43,898 bases of DNA from a virus. A program made the position numbers and the translations under genes. This document shows, piece after piece, positions 24,167 through 32,966 of the stretch (position 1 is its first letter; each line of letters opens with the position of its first letter). The DNA is taken from the IMG/VR virus record IMGVR_UViG_3300031233_000001; one strand, 5' to 3'. The notes below the pieces were generated by a model, which was not told where the DNA came from, did not search any database, and worked only from the letters and a program-made list of their open reading frames with translations.

Positions 24167-25104
24167 TCGCGCTGGCGGTACGCGCCCGGGAAACCGGGCA
24201 CAGGCTCTAGTTTCTCGGGGTCAAACACCTTGCCGCTAGCCAGGTTGCGGCCAATCGCCGGAATCAACGTACGTGACCCGCAACGGCAACGTATAGCCTT
24301 TCCTGGCAGTACGTACCCAAAACCGTCGCCGAAATCAATTCCCACCTGAGTGTTGAAAATCCACTCCTCTCGGCTCGCGCGCACATGATTGACGCGAGGC
24401 TCCTTGCCGGCACTCGAATGCTTCCACACGGCCCACCACAGGCTTAATTCGCGTTGCCGCGCAGCGTTCATATCTGCGGTCAGCTTGTTCGACTGGTCGC
24501 GCGCAATCAGCGCCGCACGGTCGACGGTGATGCTGCCGCGCTTACGCAATGCGTCGGCCATGGTATGCAGGTCGCGGCCGGCTAGGAACGAACGGGTCAC
24601 GATGCCGTGCACGTCGGTGGCGAACTGCTGTGGGATGGACTTGATCAGCGACACATTCTCCGGCACGGCCACGTCCAGCACCGCGCGCTGCGCCGGAGTC
24701 CGTTGCATGTCTACCGTGAAGCCGGCGCGCCGCGCCTGGGCCTTCCACGCGTTCGCGTTGTCCCTGTAGCTCGCCCCAACCCAGCGCGTAGCCAGGCGCT
24801 TGGCGACGTCCTTGAAGTGACTCTCCCAATGTTTTTGCAGCCGGCCTAGCTCTGCGAGAAGGCGCTGTTGCGCAGTCTTCGGTGCGGCGTCCTGCGCTAG
24901 ATCGGGGATGCGCCCTGCGTCGGCATTGGCTTCCACAGCGGTCTGGTAACGATTGGAGATCCACCACAGGTAGCTCTTGACCATCGTGCGGGTTTCGCGC
25001 TCAAGCGCCGCCTTATAGGCCGCTTCCGTTCCGTGGTTGGGCAGGATCGGCGGGAGTTTCTTCTCTTTCTTGCCCGGCGCTTGCAGGTTCGTTGAGGTTG
25101 TCAT
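24163..25104 (-). CDS. Minor head morphogenesis protein (SPP1 gp7 / Mu F-like)
   Basis: ATG at 25104 with a GAGGG ribosome-binding site. C-terminal VNHVRASREEW...GKAIRCRCGS typical of this family. Overlaps the portal 3' end by 92 nt. Confidence 0.65.
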   Translation of the reverse strand: MTTSTNLQAPGKKEKKLPPILPNHGTEAAYKAALERETRTMVKSYLWWISNRYQTAVEANADAGRIPDLAQDAAPKTAQQRLLAELGRLQKHWESHFKDVAKRLATRWVGASYRDNANAWKAQARRAGFTVDMQRTPAQRAVLDVAVPENVSLIKSIPQQFATDVHGIVTRSFLAGRDLHTMADALRKRGSITVDRAALIARDQSNKLTADMNAARQRELSLWWAVWKHSSAGKEPRVNHVRASREEWIFNTQVGIDFGDGFGYVLPGKAIRCRCGSRTLIPAIGRNLASGKVFDPEKLEPVPGFPGAYRQRD

Positions 25105-26647
25105 TCGGGGCGCCCTCGTTGCCGATCTGTAGAATTTGCTGGGTGATGCCTGCGATGTCGTCGTCGGCCGGCTCGACGGCGTCGGTGCCGTCAAAGATAC
25201 CGGAATAGCCGCTAGACGGATCCGCCGCCAGGCGCTGCGCGACGTGCTGCGCATTGATCGCGCCCATGTCCACCCATTTCTGGTCGGCGTCGGCGTCCTT
25301 GTTGCGCTTGTCGGCCGCCTCCAGCGCGGTGAGTTCCTGCAGCGGCTCCCATTCCCATGTGATGCCATCGTCGATCGCACCGAACAGAGACAGCTGCACG
25401 ACTTTGAGCACGTTCTGCAGGAGCGGCGTCAGCGTGTTGCTCTGGTAGCCGCGCACGTAATCGTAGAACACCCGAATCTCGCCCTCGCTGGAGGCGTTCA
25501 GGCCAGTCGGCGTGAGGCCTAGCAGCTTGACCAGCGGGATATGCGACACGGCCGACATCTGCTCCTGACTCTGCGCCTGGAGCGCATCAAGCCCGGACAG
25601 CGGCGTATTGACCTGAAAGAACTCCTCGGTCGCCTTGTCCAGCAACATCAGATTGCGGTTGTCGCGGTACGCGTTGATCAGCATGGCGCGCTGCTGCAGC
25701 TCGACGTTCGCGCCCGGCTGCAAGGCCTGAGCCAGATCCATCGCCACGCCTGACACACTGAACTGCTTGACCGTGTCGCTGACCGACTGGCGCGTGCGCA
25801 GCCAGTTGTCGACGTAGGGAATGGCCAGCTGCGACATCGAGATGCCGCGGAATGAATACGTGGGTTTGAGCATGTCTGGCACGGGCCGCGACACGATCGT
25901 CTGCAGGCGCGTGGCGTGTACTTCGATACCGATCAGCCACCACGACGATGGCTTGTAGAAATCCGCCGCCGTGGGGTCGATCGAGTTGTAGAAGTTCGGC
26001 GTCACCCAGTAGGGCTCGACCACGCGCACGCCGATAAACGAGCCTTTGGGCACGCTGTACGGACGGAACACCAGCGGGGTATCCCGCGCGGTCTTGTCGT
26101 CCTTCATGCTGAAAAACATGTGCGCGCCACCGAAGGCCTGGTCGTGCACGACCGCCTGGCGCACGTGCGCACGCAGGTCGATGCGCTTGAGTTCTGCCTC
26201 GATGGCGGCCAGCGTCTCCGGCGAGGCGTCGCCCGCGGCCTTCACCTTGCCCCACATGCGCACCACCTCGTCGGCGAGCGTCTCGTGCATGGTGCGGTAC
26301 TCGGCCAGCTGGGCGAGCAGCGCCAGGGTCGGAAAGCCCGGAAAGCTGGTGGACTCCACGAAGGTCAGCGCATTGCTCGACTGGCCATTGAAGTCCAGCG
26401 CCATCTCGGCCGCCTTGCGCTCCGCCTGCCGGTACGCTTTCGGGTCCACCGTGTGCGCGGTCGCCGCGGCTATGGACGGGCTAGCCGATCCGCGCGGCGC
26501 ATTCTCCAGTGCGAGAGTGCCGACGGCGGGGCCAGTCAACGCCTTGTGAGCTGGATCGGCAGGCGCGCCAGGTTGTGCCGGCTTGGGTAGCGGAACCGGC
26601 ACGGTCGGGCGGCGGGGGGTTTGCTGTTTGTTCCGACGCTTGGTCAT
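25013..26647 (-). CDS. Portal protein (544 aa)
   Basis: ATGA-coupled to terL at 26647. Size and position are canonical. Confidence 0.8.
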   Translation of the reverse strand: MTKRRNKQQTPRRPTVPVPLPKPAQPGAPADPAHKALTGPAVGTLALENAPRGSASPSIAAATAHTVDPKAYRQAERKAAEMALDFNGQSSNALTFVESTSFPGFPTLALLAQLAEYRTMHETLADEVVRMWGKVKAAGDASPETLAAIEAELKRIDLRAHVRQAVVHDQAFGGAHMFFSMKDDKTARDTPLVFRPYSVPKGSFIGVRVVEPYWVTPNFYNSIDPTAADFYKPSSWWLIGIEVHATRLQTIVSRPVPDMLKPTYSFRGISMSQLAIPYVDNWLRTRQSVSDTVKQFSVSGVAMDLAQALQPGANVELQQRAMLINAYRDNRNLMLLDKATEEFFQVNTPLSGLDALQAQSQEQMSAVSHIPLVKLLGLTPTGLNASSEGEIRVFYDYVRGYQSNTLTPLLQNVLKVVQLSLFGAIDDGITWEWEPLQELTALEAADKRNKDADADQKWVDMGAINAQHVAQRLAADPSSGYSGIFDGTDAVEPADDDIAGITQQILQIGNEGAPNDNLNEPASAGQEREETPADPAQPRNGSGL

Positions 26648-28158
26648 TGGGTTGCCATCCGTAATACGTCCGCTGTGATAAGTGAGGCGATCGGCGACCG
26701 CAAGCATAGTTGATGTAATGCGATAGTCATCATGTCCACCATATCGTCGTTGGCCACGTCGGGGAAGCTGGTGATCTCGGCCACAACCGGCACGATGCCG
26801 GGATTCTCGTCAGGATGGGGGAGCATGACGCACTTATTTTGCCAGACCCAGCTTACCGCATGGGCACGCGCTTCTTTCGAGCCCATCGGCGGCACGCCGA
26901 CGAGACCGGTAATGTGTTTTTTTAACATGTCGATCAAGGCGCTGCCGTTGGCTGCGTCCTCGATGTAGATGCGCGCTACCCGTGGGTGCTTCTTCTTGAG
27001 ATCGACGATAGCCGATGCTGTGGCCATAAACGCGAGTTTCTCACGCCGCCAGTCCAGCAACCACACTCGATCGTCGCTTGTCTTGCCCCATACGCCGACG
27101 CCGACATAATCGCTCGCGTCGCCATCCTTGAAGGTAGCATCAACCGAAATTATGCACTGAACGAGGTTCGCCGGTAGCTCAGCGCGTCGGTAATATTGAA
27201 CATGATCGCGTTTGAAGATCGCTCCGTATTCTGCGAGCGGGGTTTGCTGAAAAAGAGATGCCCACCACATCTCGGACATGTGGGCTTTCATCTCGCGCAG
27301 CTTGGCCTCGCTGTGCAATTCAGGAACGAGCGCGCCTTCCGGCAGCTCTGGGTCGTAGCCAATCTCGCTGGGTAGGTTGAGCGCCGGGAACGACAGCCGC
27401 CGAAAGCGCGGATCACCTTCCATTTTACGCCGCACGCGCGCTAACAGATCGTTGGCTGACCAGGGTGTGCCAATGATGACGGTTCCCGATCGCTGTTGCA
27501 GGCGGGTAATGAGTACGGACTCGTACCATGCCTCTAGCCCGTCCTGCACGACGGTCGATAGCGCCTGCTGAGCGTTGGATGTGGCGTCGTCCACAATGGC
27601 GATGTCAAGCGAGAAACCCGTGAGGCCGCCGCCCACGCCCACGCCGCGCAAGCCACCGCCTTGCGGCACATCGAAGCCGTCGGACGTGCGCGTACCCTTA
27701 AAACCGATGAGCGCGGTGTGCGGGAAGATGGCCCGGTAGATGGGCTCGTCCATGATGCCCGCTGCGTCGCGCGTGTTGCGTCGCGCCAAACTGAGTGCAT
27801 AGGACGCGCAAGCGATACGCACGGCAGGCAACTCGCCAGTCAGCCGGCCGAACAAATAGGGCGGCAGGCAGCGTGCGATAAGCGAACTCTTACCGTGCTG
27901 GGGGCCTGCCGTGAGCATCAGGACCGGGCGCTTGCCGGCCAGCACGTCTTCCACGAAGACGTCAATTTCCCGGCACACCCGTGCCGAGAAGGCCGAGTGC
28001 CGGAAGCGCGGCCGGTGTACGGCAGACACGAACGCGGCGTAATTGGTTCGCGCCGCCTCGATCAAGAACTGAATGGGGTCCACGGCTTGCAGACTGCCAC
28101 CGCCAGGGCTCGCGGCCACGTTGGGCGGGTGGGTAACGGCTAGGCACGCGCCGGTCAC
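26644..28158 (-). CDS. terL: Terminase large subunit
   Basis: Walker A-like TAGPQHGKSS, Walker B-like LDIAIVDDAT, nuclease-domain ISVDATFKDGDASDY. GTGA-coupled to terS. Confidence 0.85.
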   Translation of the reverse strand: MTGACLAVTHPPNVAASPGGGSLQAVDPIQFLIEAARTNYAAFVSAVHRPRFRHSAFSARVCREIDVFVEDVLAGKRPVLMLTAGPQHGKSSLIARCLPPYLFGRLTGELPAVRIACASYALSLARRNTRDAAGIMDEPIYRAIFPHTALIGFKGTRTSDGFDVPQGGGLRGVGVGGGLTGFSLDIAIVDDATSNAQQALSTVVQDGLEAWYESVLITRLQQRSGTVIIGTPWSANDLLARVRRKMEGDPRFRRLSFPALNLPSEIGYDPELPEGALVPELHSEAKLREMKAHMSEMWWASLFQQTPLAEYGAIFKRDHVQYYRRAELPANLVQCIISVDATFKDGDASDYVGVGVWGKTSDDRVWLLDWRREKLAFMATASAIVDLKKKHPRVARIYIEDAANGSALIDMLKKHITGLVGVPPMGSKEARAHAVSWVWQNKCVMLPHPDENPGIVPVVAEITSFPDVANDDMVDMMTIALHQLCLRSPIASLITADVLRMATQ

Positions 28159-28631
28159 TGGCGGGCATCCAGAAGGCCGGCGGCAGCTAGCTCCTTGAGC
28201 TGCTCCACGTACGTCTCGCGCTGCTGGTCGGAGATGGACTCGGCGAAGGGCGCCGCGTTGGTGATTTCGAGAATGGCCTTATCGAAGCCCAGCAGCTTGA
28301 CCAGCATGGCGAACGATTTGTCCTTGCTGCGCAGCTTCGGGACGATCTGGCCCTGCTTTACATCCCAACCCTCAATCAGCCGGCCGAATTGCACGGACTT
28401 CATCCGGGCCATGTCGAACACGAACTGTTCCACTGCGCCCAGACCGCCGCAGGTAGCGCAGGTCATCTCGGTGCGCATCTCCGCATCGCCCAGTACGCCT
28501 ACCCCGTCGCAGCTGCCGCACGTGATGGCCTTCACCTGCAACAAGTCGGCGAGGTTGATATTGATCAGCCCGACCAGATCGGCCACAAGGGACGCTTTGA
28601 CGGGCTGCAGGTCGAAGGCGGTAGCAGTCAT
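28155..28631 (-). CDS. terS: Probable terminase small subunit with an inserted CxxCxGxG zinc finger
   Basis: First gene of the head arm, immediately upstream of terL. C-terminal KSFAMLVKLLGFDKA resembles small-terminase C-termini. CGSCDGVG...CATCGGLG. Confidence 0.55.
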   Translation of the reverse strand: MTATAFDLQPVKASLVADLVGLININLADLLQVKAITCGSCDGVGVLGDAEMRTEMTCATCGGLGAVEQFVFDMARMKSVQFGRLIEGWDVKQGQIVPKLRSKDKSFAMLVKLLGFDKAILEITNAAPFAESISDQQRETYVEQLKELAAAGLLDARQ

Positions 28632-28691
28632 GGCCCAAGTTTAGCCTAACGTGCGGGTTTGTTGCATTTTGGCCTTTTACCCTGGCGGTAG

Positions 28692-28870
28692 TACTGACGA
28701 TACTGACGAACTGACAAGAAAACACTCTACACGGAGAGTCTACCAAAACAGAATTCAGAGATAAGTACAAAGGGGGGTTTCTATTTATTGTATAATAGGG
28801 AGTAGAGGGCTTTATAGGAAACTGACAAGAATCTCGTCAGTCCTCAGTATTCACTGTCGTGAGGCTGACG
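28692..28870 (-). repeat. Inverted repeat copy B (179 bp, exact reverse complement of 43772-43823 joined to 1-127)
   Basis: Base-by-base comparison gives 179/179 identical. Flanking bases differ on both sides. Confidence 0.95.
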
Positions 28871-28888
28871 CGCGGAAATTTCGAATAA

Positions 28889-28917
28889 TGGACGTTAGCC
28901 CGGAAATGCGCTAAGTT
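28889..28917 (+). promoter_or_regulatory. Candidate promoter for the recombination/lysis arm (TGGACG-N17-TAAGTT)
   Basis: Same architecture as 134-162. It is followed by the leader TCCACCACAAAGGCCGCACC and the ATG at 28950. Confidence 0.35.
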
Positions 28918-28949
28918 CGCGCCCACATATCCACCACAAAGGCCGCACC

Positions 28950-30164
28950 ATGAGCGAAACACAAGAACTTCATAGCAAACTGTCAATGTCCGCCCGGTCG
29001 CGCTGGTCCAAATGCGCGGTCTCAGTCCCGTGGAGCGAGAATTTGCCCAACGAGTCAGGTCCGGCTGCCGAGGAGGGGACCATCGCCCACAAGGTGGCGG
29101 AGTTCTACGTGCGCCAGCGGTTCGGGCTGGAAGGTGCGAAACCCGGCATCCCGCCCGAGTACCAGCCGCCCGCCGGTCTGGACCTGAAAGGCCAGACGGT
29201 CAACGCTTGGAACGCCAAAATGCGCCTGCACGGGCAGGACTACGCGGCGTTCATTGCTACGCTAGTGGGCAATTTCCCCGATGTCTCGGTCGTGCTGGAG
29301 AAACGCGTGGCCGTGGATGGCATCACACCGCCGCTGTTCGGCACGGCCGATTGCCTGCTGTGGTTCCCGGGCATTCGGCGACTGGCCGGCGTGGATTACA
29401 AATACGGCTTTGGCGAGGTGGACGTGGGCACAGTCGACGCCCCCAACGCGCAAGTGGCCGCCTACGCGGTCGCCGCTGCCGAGACGTTCAAGCTCGCGCC
29501 CTTGACGGTCGGGCTGGCCATCTACCAGCCGCGGCGGATCCACGGCGAGCCCGGGCAGGTGTTGTTGTTGCCCGAGACGTGGCTGGCGTCCGAGCGTGCC
29601 AAGCTACTGGCCGAGGCCCGCCAGGTTGAAGCGGCGTTCGCGGGCCTACTCACGACGCCCGTACCGGGCAGCCATTGCCGCTATTGCCCGGTGGCCAAGA
29701 ATGCCCGCTGCCCGGCAGTCAGCACCGCCGGCAAGGTAGCGCTCCAGGCGCACACCCAGGCGGCGCTGGTGCACGACATGACCGATGCGGAGATACTCGC
29801 GCTGTGGTCGGTCAAGTCGGCGTTCAAGCATTTTTGGGAGGACATCGAGGAGCGCATCGACGAGATGGCCGACAAGGGCGCCGCTGGCCTGGTGGTGAAG
29901 GTGGCCACCGGTCGTAAGATGTGGGCCGATCCCGACGCAGCCGTGTTTACCTTGCTAGCACTTAACCGCCTGGACTTGCTGGCCCCTGCAGCCATCGGCG
30001 AGGCACTGGCGGCTATTCCGGCTGAGATGCAGGTCACGCTGATCAAGCGCGCCGCAGGGGCCCGCGCCATCCTGACCACTGAGGCGGCCGACCCGCTGAC
30101 CGTCGCTGCAACGTTCGACAAATATGCACACAGGACACTTGACAAGCCCGAAAAGAACGCATAA
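28950..30164 (+). CDS. PD-(D/E)XK exonuclease, Cas4/RecB-like (DUF2800-like)
   Basis: EEGTIAHKVAE, FGTADCLLW, VDYKYG (D...D-x-K) and a C-terminal Cys cluster CRYCPVAKNARC. Confidence 0.75.
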   Translation: MSETQELHSKLSMSARSRWSKCAVSVPWSENLPNESGPAAEEGTIAHKVAEFYVRQRFGLEGAKPGIPPEYQPPAGLDLKGQTVNAWNAKMRLHGQDYAAFIATLVGNFPDVSVVLEKRVAVDGITPPLFGTADCLLWFPGIRRLAGVDYKYGFGEVDVGTVDAPNAQVAAYAVAAAETFKLAPLTVGLAIYQPRRIHGEPGQVLLLPETWLASERAKLLAEARQVEAAFAGLLTTPVPGSHCRYCPVAKNARCPAVSTAGKVALQAHTQAALVHDMTDAEILALWSVKSAFKHFWEDIEERIDEMADKGAAGLVVKVATGRKMWADPDAAVFTLLALNRLDLLAPAAIGEALAAIPAEMQVTLIKRAAGARAILTTEAADPLTVAATFDKYAHRTLDKPEKNA

Positions 30165-30167
30165 TGT
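30139..30167 (+). promoter_or_regulatory. Candidate sigma70 promoter (TTGACA-N17-TAATGT)
   Basis: Perfect -35 at 30139-30144, a 17-nt spacer, TAATGT at 30162-30167 overlapping the exonuclease stop codon. Upstream of the SSB-like gene. Confidence 0.4.
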
Positions 30168-30282
30168 TTCACCGTGGCGGCGTCGGCGGCTGGCCTTGTG
30201 ACCTACCTGCAACCCCTGGCAGCAAAGTCACCCCAGCGCGGCCACACTTAATCCGTAATTCTCATACTTCGGAGTTTACTAA

Positions 30283-30921
30283 ATGGCTATCTCTGATCAC
30301 GTTGCAATTCTGACTCACCACGCTCTGGCCGCCGCCCAGCCCAACCGCAAGAAAGCCGGCAACCCGCTGCAGTTCTACGCCCTGCTGGCCTTCGCGCCGG
30401 ACGCGGCAAACGACCTGCAGGCGATCGCCAAGCAGGTCGCCCCGGGCGGTTCGCTCAATGGCCTGAAAGTCGGCGTGCGCCGTAACTCGCAGCTCGACAA
30501 GCCCGTCCCGGGCGTGCCGGCTGACTGGTTCATCATCCGCGCGGCGACGCAGTTCCCGCCGTATCTGGCCGATGAAGGCGGCAACCAGCTGGACCAGGCC
30601 ACGCATACGGCTGACATCCGTGTGAAGTTCTATGCGGGCAAGAAAGTGCGTGCGGCTCTCTCGGCCTACTACTGGCCCAACGAAGGCGGCGGCATCTCGT
30701 TCAATCTCGACGGCGTGATGGCTGTGAGCGATGGCGAGCGCCTCAACATCGGCAACACGGCAGCTAATGCGTTTGCGGGCTACGCTGACATGAACGTCGT
30801 CAAGCAGGAGCCCGCTGCTAGCCCGTCCGGGAGCGCCGCCACGGGCGCGTCGTCGGGCTCTACTGCCGCTGACCCGTTCCAGCAGTCGACCAAGCCCGCA
30901 ACGGCGAACCCGTTTGCGTAA
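30283..30921 (+). CDS. Putative ssDNA-binding protein (DUF2815-like)
   Basis: Follows the DUF2800-like exonuclease, as in other PolA phage replication modules. Ser/Ala-rich tail ending in DPF/NPF, like SSB C-terminal tips. Inference. Confidence 0.5.
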   Translation: MAISDHVAILTHHALAAAQPNRKKAGNPLQFYALLAFAPDAANDLQAIAKQVAPGGSLNGLKVGVRRNSQLDKPVPGVPADWFIIRAATQFPPYLADEGGNQLDQATHTADIRVKFYAGKKVRAALSAYYWPNEGGGISFNLDGVMAVSDGERLNIGNTAANAFAGYADMNVVKQEPAASPSGSAATGASSGSTAADPFQQSTKPATANPFA

Positions 30922-30940
30922 GCCTGTTCCACGTGAAACA

Positions 30941-30964
30941 CAGGGCGCCTCTGGGCGCCCTGTT
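30941..30964 (+). terminator. Hairpin (attenuating terminator) after the SSB-like gene
   Basis: 10-bp stem acagggcgcc/ggcgccctgt with loop tctg, followed by tccgttt. Confidence 0.45.
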
Positions 30965-30979
30965 CCGTTTGAGGGCCGC

Positions 30980-31363
30980 ATGGTACTGCTGACCCTCCCC
31001 TGGCCGCCGTCACTCAACCGGCTGTATCGCGCGGTCGGCGGCCGCATTCTGCTGTCAGCCGCGGCGCGCAAGTACAAAAAACAGCTGGCCAGTGCGTTGC
31101 CAAGTGGGCTGGTGTCGCCGCTGACTGGCCGCCTGGCCGTGCAGATGGTGCTACACGCGCCAGCGGCGCTGGGCCCTTTATTCGATGTCGCGAACCGGGA
31201 AAAGTTGTGTTTCGACACCCTCACGGAGCAACGCGTGTGGCTGGACGACTCACAAATCGACTGGCTGCTAATCGAGCGCGGCGCGCCGTCCGGTAAAGGC
31301 CATGTGACGCTGACCATTCGCGAGGTGGACGCGAGCCCGTCTAACGGTATACTTGCGACATGA
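30980..31363 (+). CDS. rusA: RusA-family Holliday junction resolvase
   Basis: LPWPPSLNRLYR...DVANREKLCFDTL...WLDDSQI. ATG at 30980 with a GAGGG ribosome-binding site. Confidence 0.8.
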   Translation: MVLLTLPWPPSLNRLYRAVGGRILLSAAARKYKKQLASALPSGLVSPLTGRLAVQMVLHAPAALGPLFDVANREKLCFDTLTEQRVWLDDSQIDWLLIERGAPSGKGHVTLTIREVDASPSNGILAT

Positions 31364-31382
31364 TGACCGACACGGGTTCCTG

Positions 31383-31853
31383 ATGCCGCGCATATCAGCC
31401 AGCGAAGCGGGCGGCCAAAACGTCTGCGCCTTCCTCGACATGCTCGCCGTGTCGGAAATTGGCGCGGCGCTGCTGGCCAAAAGCGACGATGGTTACAACG
31501 TGCTGGTAGGCGGGCAGCTCTTTGTGAGCTACGCCGATCATCCGAATATCTACAACCAGCGGTTCAACTCGACGGCGGCCGGCCGCTACCAGCTGCTGCA
31601 CCGCTGGTGGCCCGCTTACCGATCGCTGCTGCAGCTACCCGACTTCAGCCCATTGAGCCAGGACAAGGTAGCGCTCCAGCAGATCCACGAGCAGGGCGCG
31701 ATTCCCGACATTCAGGCCGGGCGCTTCGACCAGGCCGTGATGAAGGTCGCAAACATATGGGCATCTTTGCCTGGCAACTCGTACCAACAACATCAAAACG
31801 CGCCGAGCGACCTGCGCGCCGCCTACCTTGCCGCCGGAGGCACACTCGCATGA
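31383..31853 (+). CDS. Endolysin, lambda R-like lytic transglycosylase
   Basis: Colinear by eye with lambda R: FLDMLAVSE, AAGRYQLLHRWWPAY, DFSPLSQDKVALQQI, NIWASLPG. Confidence 0.85.
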   Translation: MPRISASEAGGQNVCAFLDMLAVSEIGAALLAKSDDGYNVLVGGQLFVSYADHPNIYNQRFNSTAAGRYQLLHRWWPAYRSLLQLPDFSPLSQDKVALQQIHEQGAIPDIQAGRFDQAVMKVANIWASLPGNSYQQHQNAPSDLRAAYLAAGGTLA

Positions 31854-32065
31854 TGCCAAACGATCCCATCATGGTCTGGGCGACCGGCGCCGTCGCCGCT
31901 GCGGGCGGCTGGTTCATCCGCCGCCTCGACCAGCGCGTCAGCAAGCTGGAATCGGACATGGCCGAGCACACTGCCAACAAGGAAATGCTCGATCGCATGT
32001 ACACCGAGCTGCAGGAACTGACCAAACTTACCAGCCGCATCGCCGGCCATCTCAACATCAGCTAA
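31850..32065 (+). CDS. Small membrane protein with N-terminal TM and a coiled coil (71 aa); lysis-associated
   Basis: ATGA overlap with the endolysin stop. TM segment IMVWATGAVAAAGGWFI. Confidence 0.5.
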   Translation: MMPNDPIMVWATGAVAAAGGWFIRRLDQRVSKLESDMAEHTANKEMLDRMYTELQELTKLTSRIAGHLNIS

Positions 32066-32076
32066 TAGGGATTCAC

Positions 32077-32412
32077 ATGGAACTGGACCCCGGGCTTATG
32101 CGCGAATGGATCGAAGCGGCGCGGGCGTTGCAAAACACGATGGAGCGCTTTCCACAGCGACACGCGACGGATGGCCAGCCCAGCGCCACCATGCACACCG
32201 GCAACGTATCGGTTCGAGTAGATGACGGCAAGACGCATCGTCTGATGCTGCTTTCCGTGTTCTCCGCCATCTTTTGCGCCGTGCTGTCACTGATCACGAT
32301 ACTAGCCGTCCTGGGCGGCGGTATGCTTTACTTGAACATGAAAGACCACTTGGACGCCATTTACATGATGGCCCCGCAGCTCAACCAACCCACTGGAGCT
32401 AAACGCCCATGA
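32077..32412 (+). CDS. Membrane protein (111 aa); holin/antiholin candidate
   Basis: ATG at 32077. Hydrophobic stretch LMLLSVFSAIFCAVLSLITILAVLGGGMLYL. Confidence 0.5.
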   Translation: MELDPGLMREWIEAARALQNTMERFPQRHATDGQPSATMHTGNVSVRVDDGKTHRLMLLSVFSAIFCAVLSLITILAVLGGGMLYLNMKDHLDAIYMMAPQLNQPTGAKRP

Positions 32413-32702
32413 GCATCATCGTCCTGACCCCCAAGCCGCCGCAGGCGCAGACCGCTGCCGCCAACACGTCCACCATCGCCCTGACCGAGACCAGCCTGGT
32501 CGCGCGTATCGGTGACGACTTCCTGCACCTGATGGGCCACGAAGGCTATCGTTTCGACACGTTCGAGCAGCTGCGCGACTACGCCCAGGCCCAGATCGAC
32601 GCCGCCGCGACGCTGGCCACGCTAGCGGCTAAGACCGACGCACCGGCAGCTGCCCCCGAAGTGGCGCTCGCGCCCGCAGCCGATAGCGAGCCCGCGGCTT
32701 AA
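32409..32702 (+). CDS. Hypothetical Ala-rich protein (97 aa)
   Basis: ATGA-coupled to the upstream gene. No TM segment. Confidence 0.5.
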   Translation: MSIIVLTPKPPQAQTAAANTSTIALTETSLVARIGDDFLHLMGHEGYRFDTFEQLRDYAQAQIDAAATLATLAAKTDAPAAAPEVALAPAADSEPAA

Positions 32703-32966
32703 ATGTTGGGCAAGATCCGCCAGCTGCTGCTCCACCTATTCAGCGAGCGCGACAATGCGACGCCTGATGTGGTGCGCGTGGTTGGCGGACTCTTGGCGTT
32801 CCTCGGTGGCATCGAGTACTTGGTGCTTAGCGCCTGGAACGTGATCGTCAACAAGGTGCCCTTTGACCATAACCATTATGGTGAAGGGCTATCCTTGGTC
32901 ATCGCCGCGCTCGGCGCCGCCGTCGCGGTGAAGGCCATCACCGAACAGAAGAACCCGCCGCCATGA
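32703..32966 (+). CDS. Two-TM membrane protein (87 aa); holin candidate
   Basis: TM segments VVGGLLAFLGGIEYLVLSAW and LSLVIAALGAAVAVKAI. Charged C-terminus. Confidence 0.45.
   Translation: MLGKIRQLLLHLFSERDNATPDVVRVVGGLLAFLGGIEYLVLSAWNVIVNKVPFDHNHYGEGLSLVIAALGAAVAVKAITEQKNPPP

Noticed and set aside
28372-28770. A 132-aa minus-strand ORF reading through inverted repeat copy B into terS, and the GTG start at 43783 that would extend gene 43340-43726 into copy A.
   Set aside because: Both would place coding sequence inside the AT-rich repeat. In-frame ATG starts outside the repeat, and the terS frame, explain the region better.
28692-28870. Site-specific invertible segment (Gin/Cin/Hin type), or terminal inverted repeats or hairpin telomeres of a linear genome.
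   Set aside because: No serine or tyrosine recombinase, protelomerase or protein-priming polymerase is recognisable. The repeats are internal to a self-closing contig and bound two unique arcs, so homologous flip-flop or a regulatory/origin role is more plausible.
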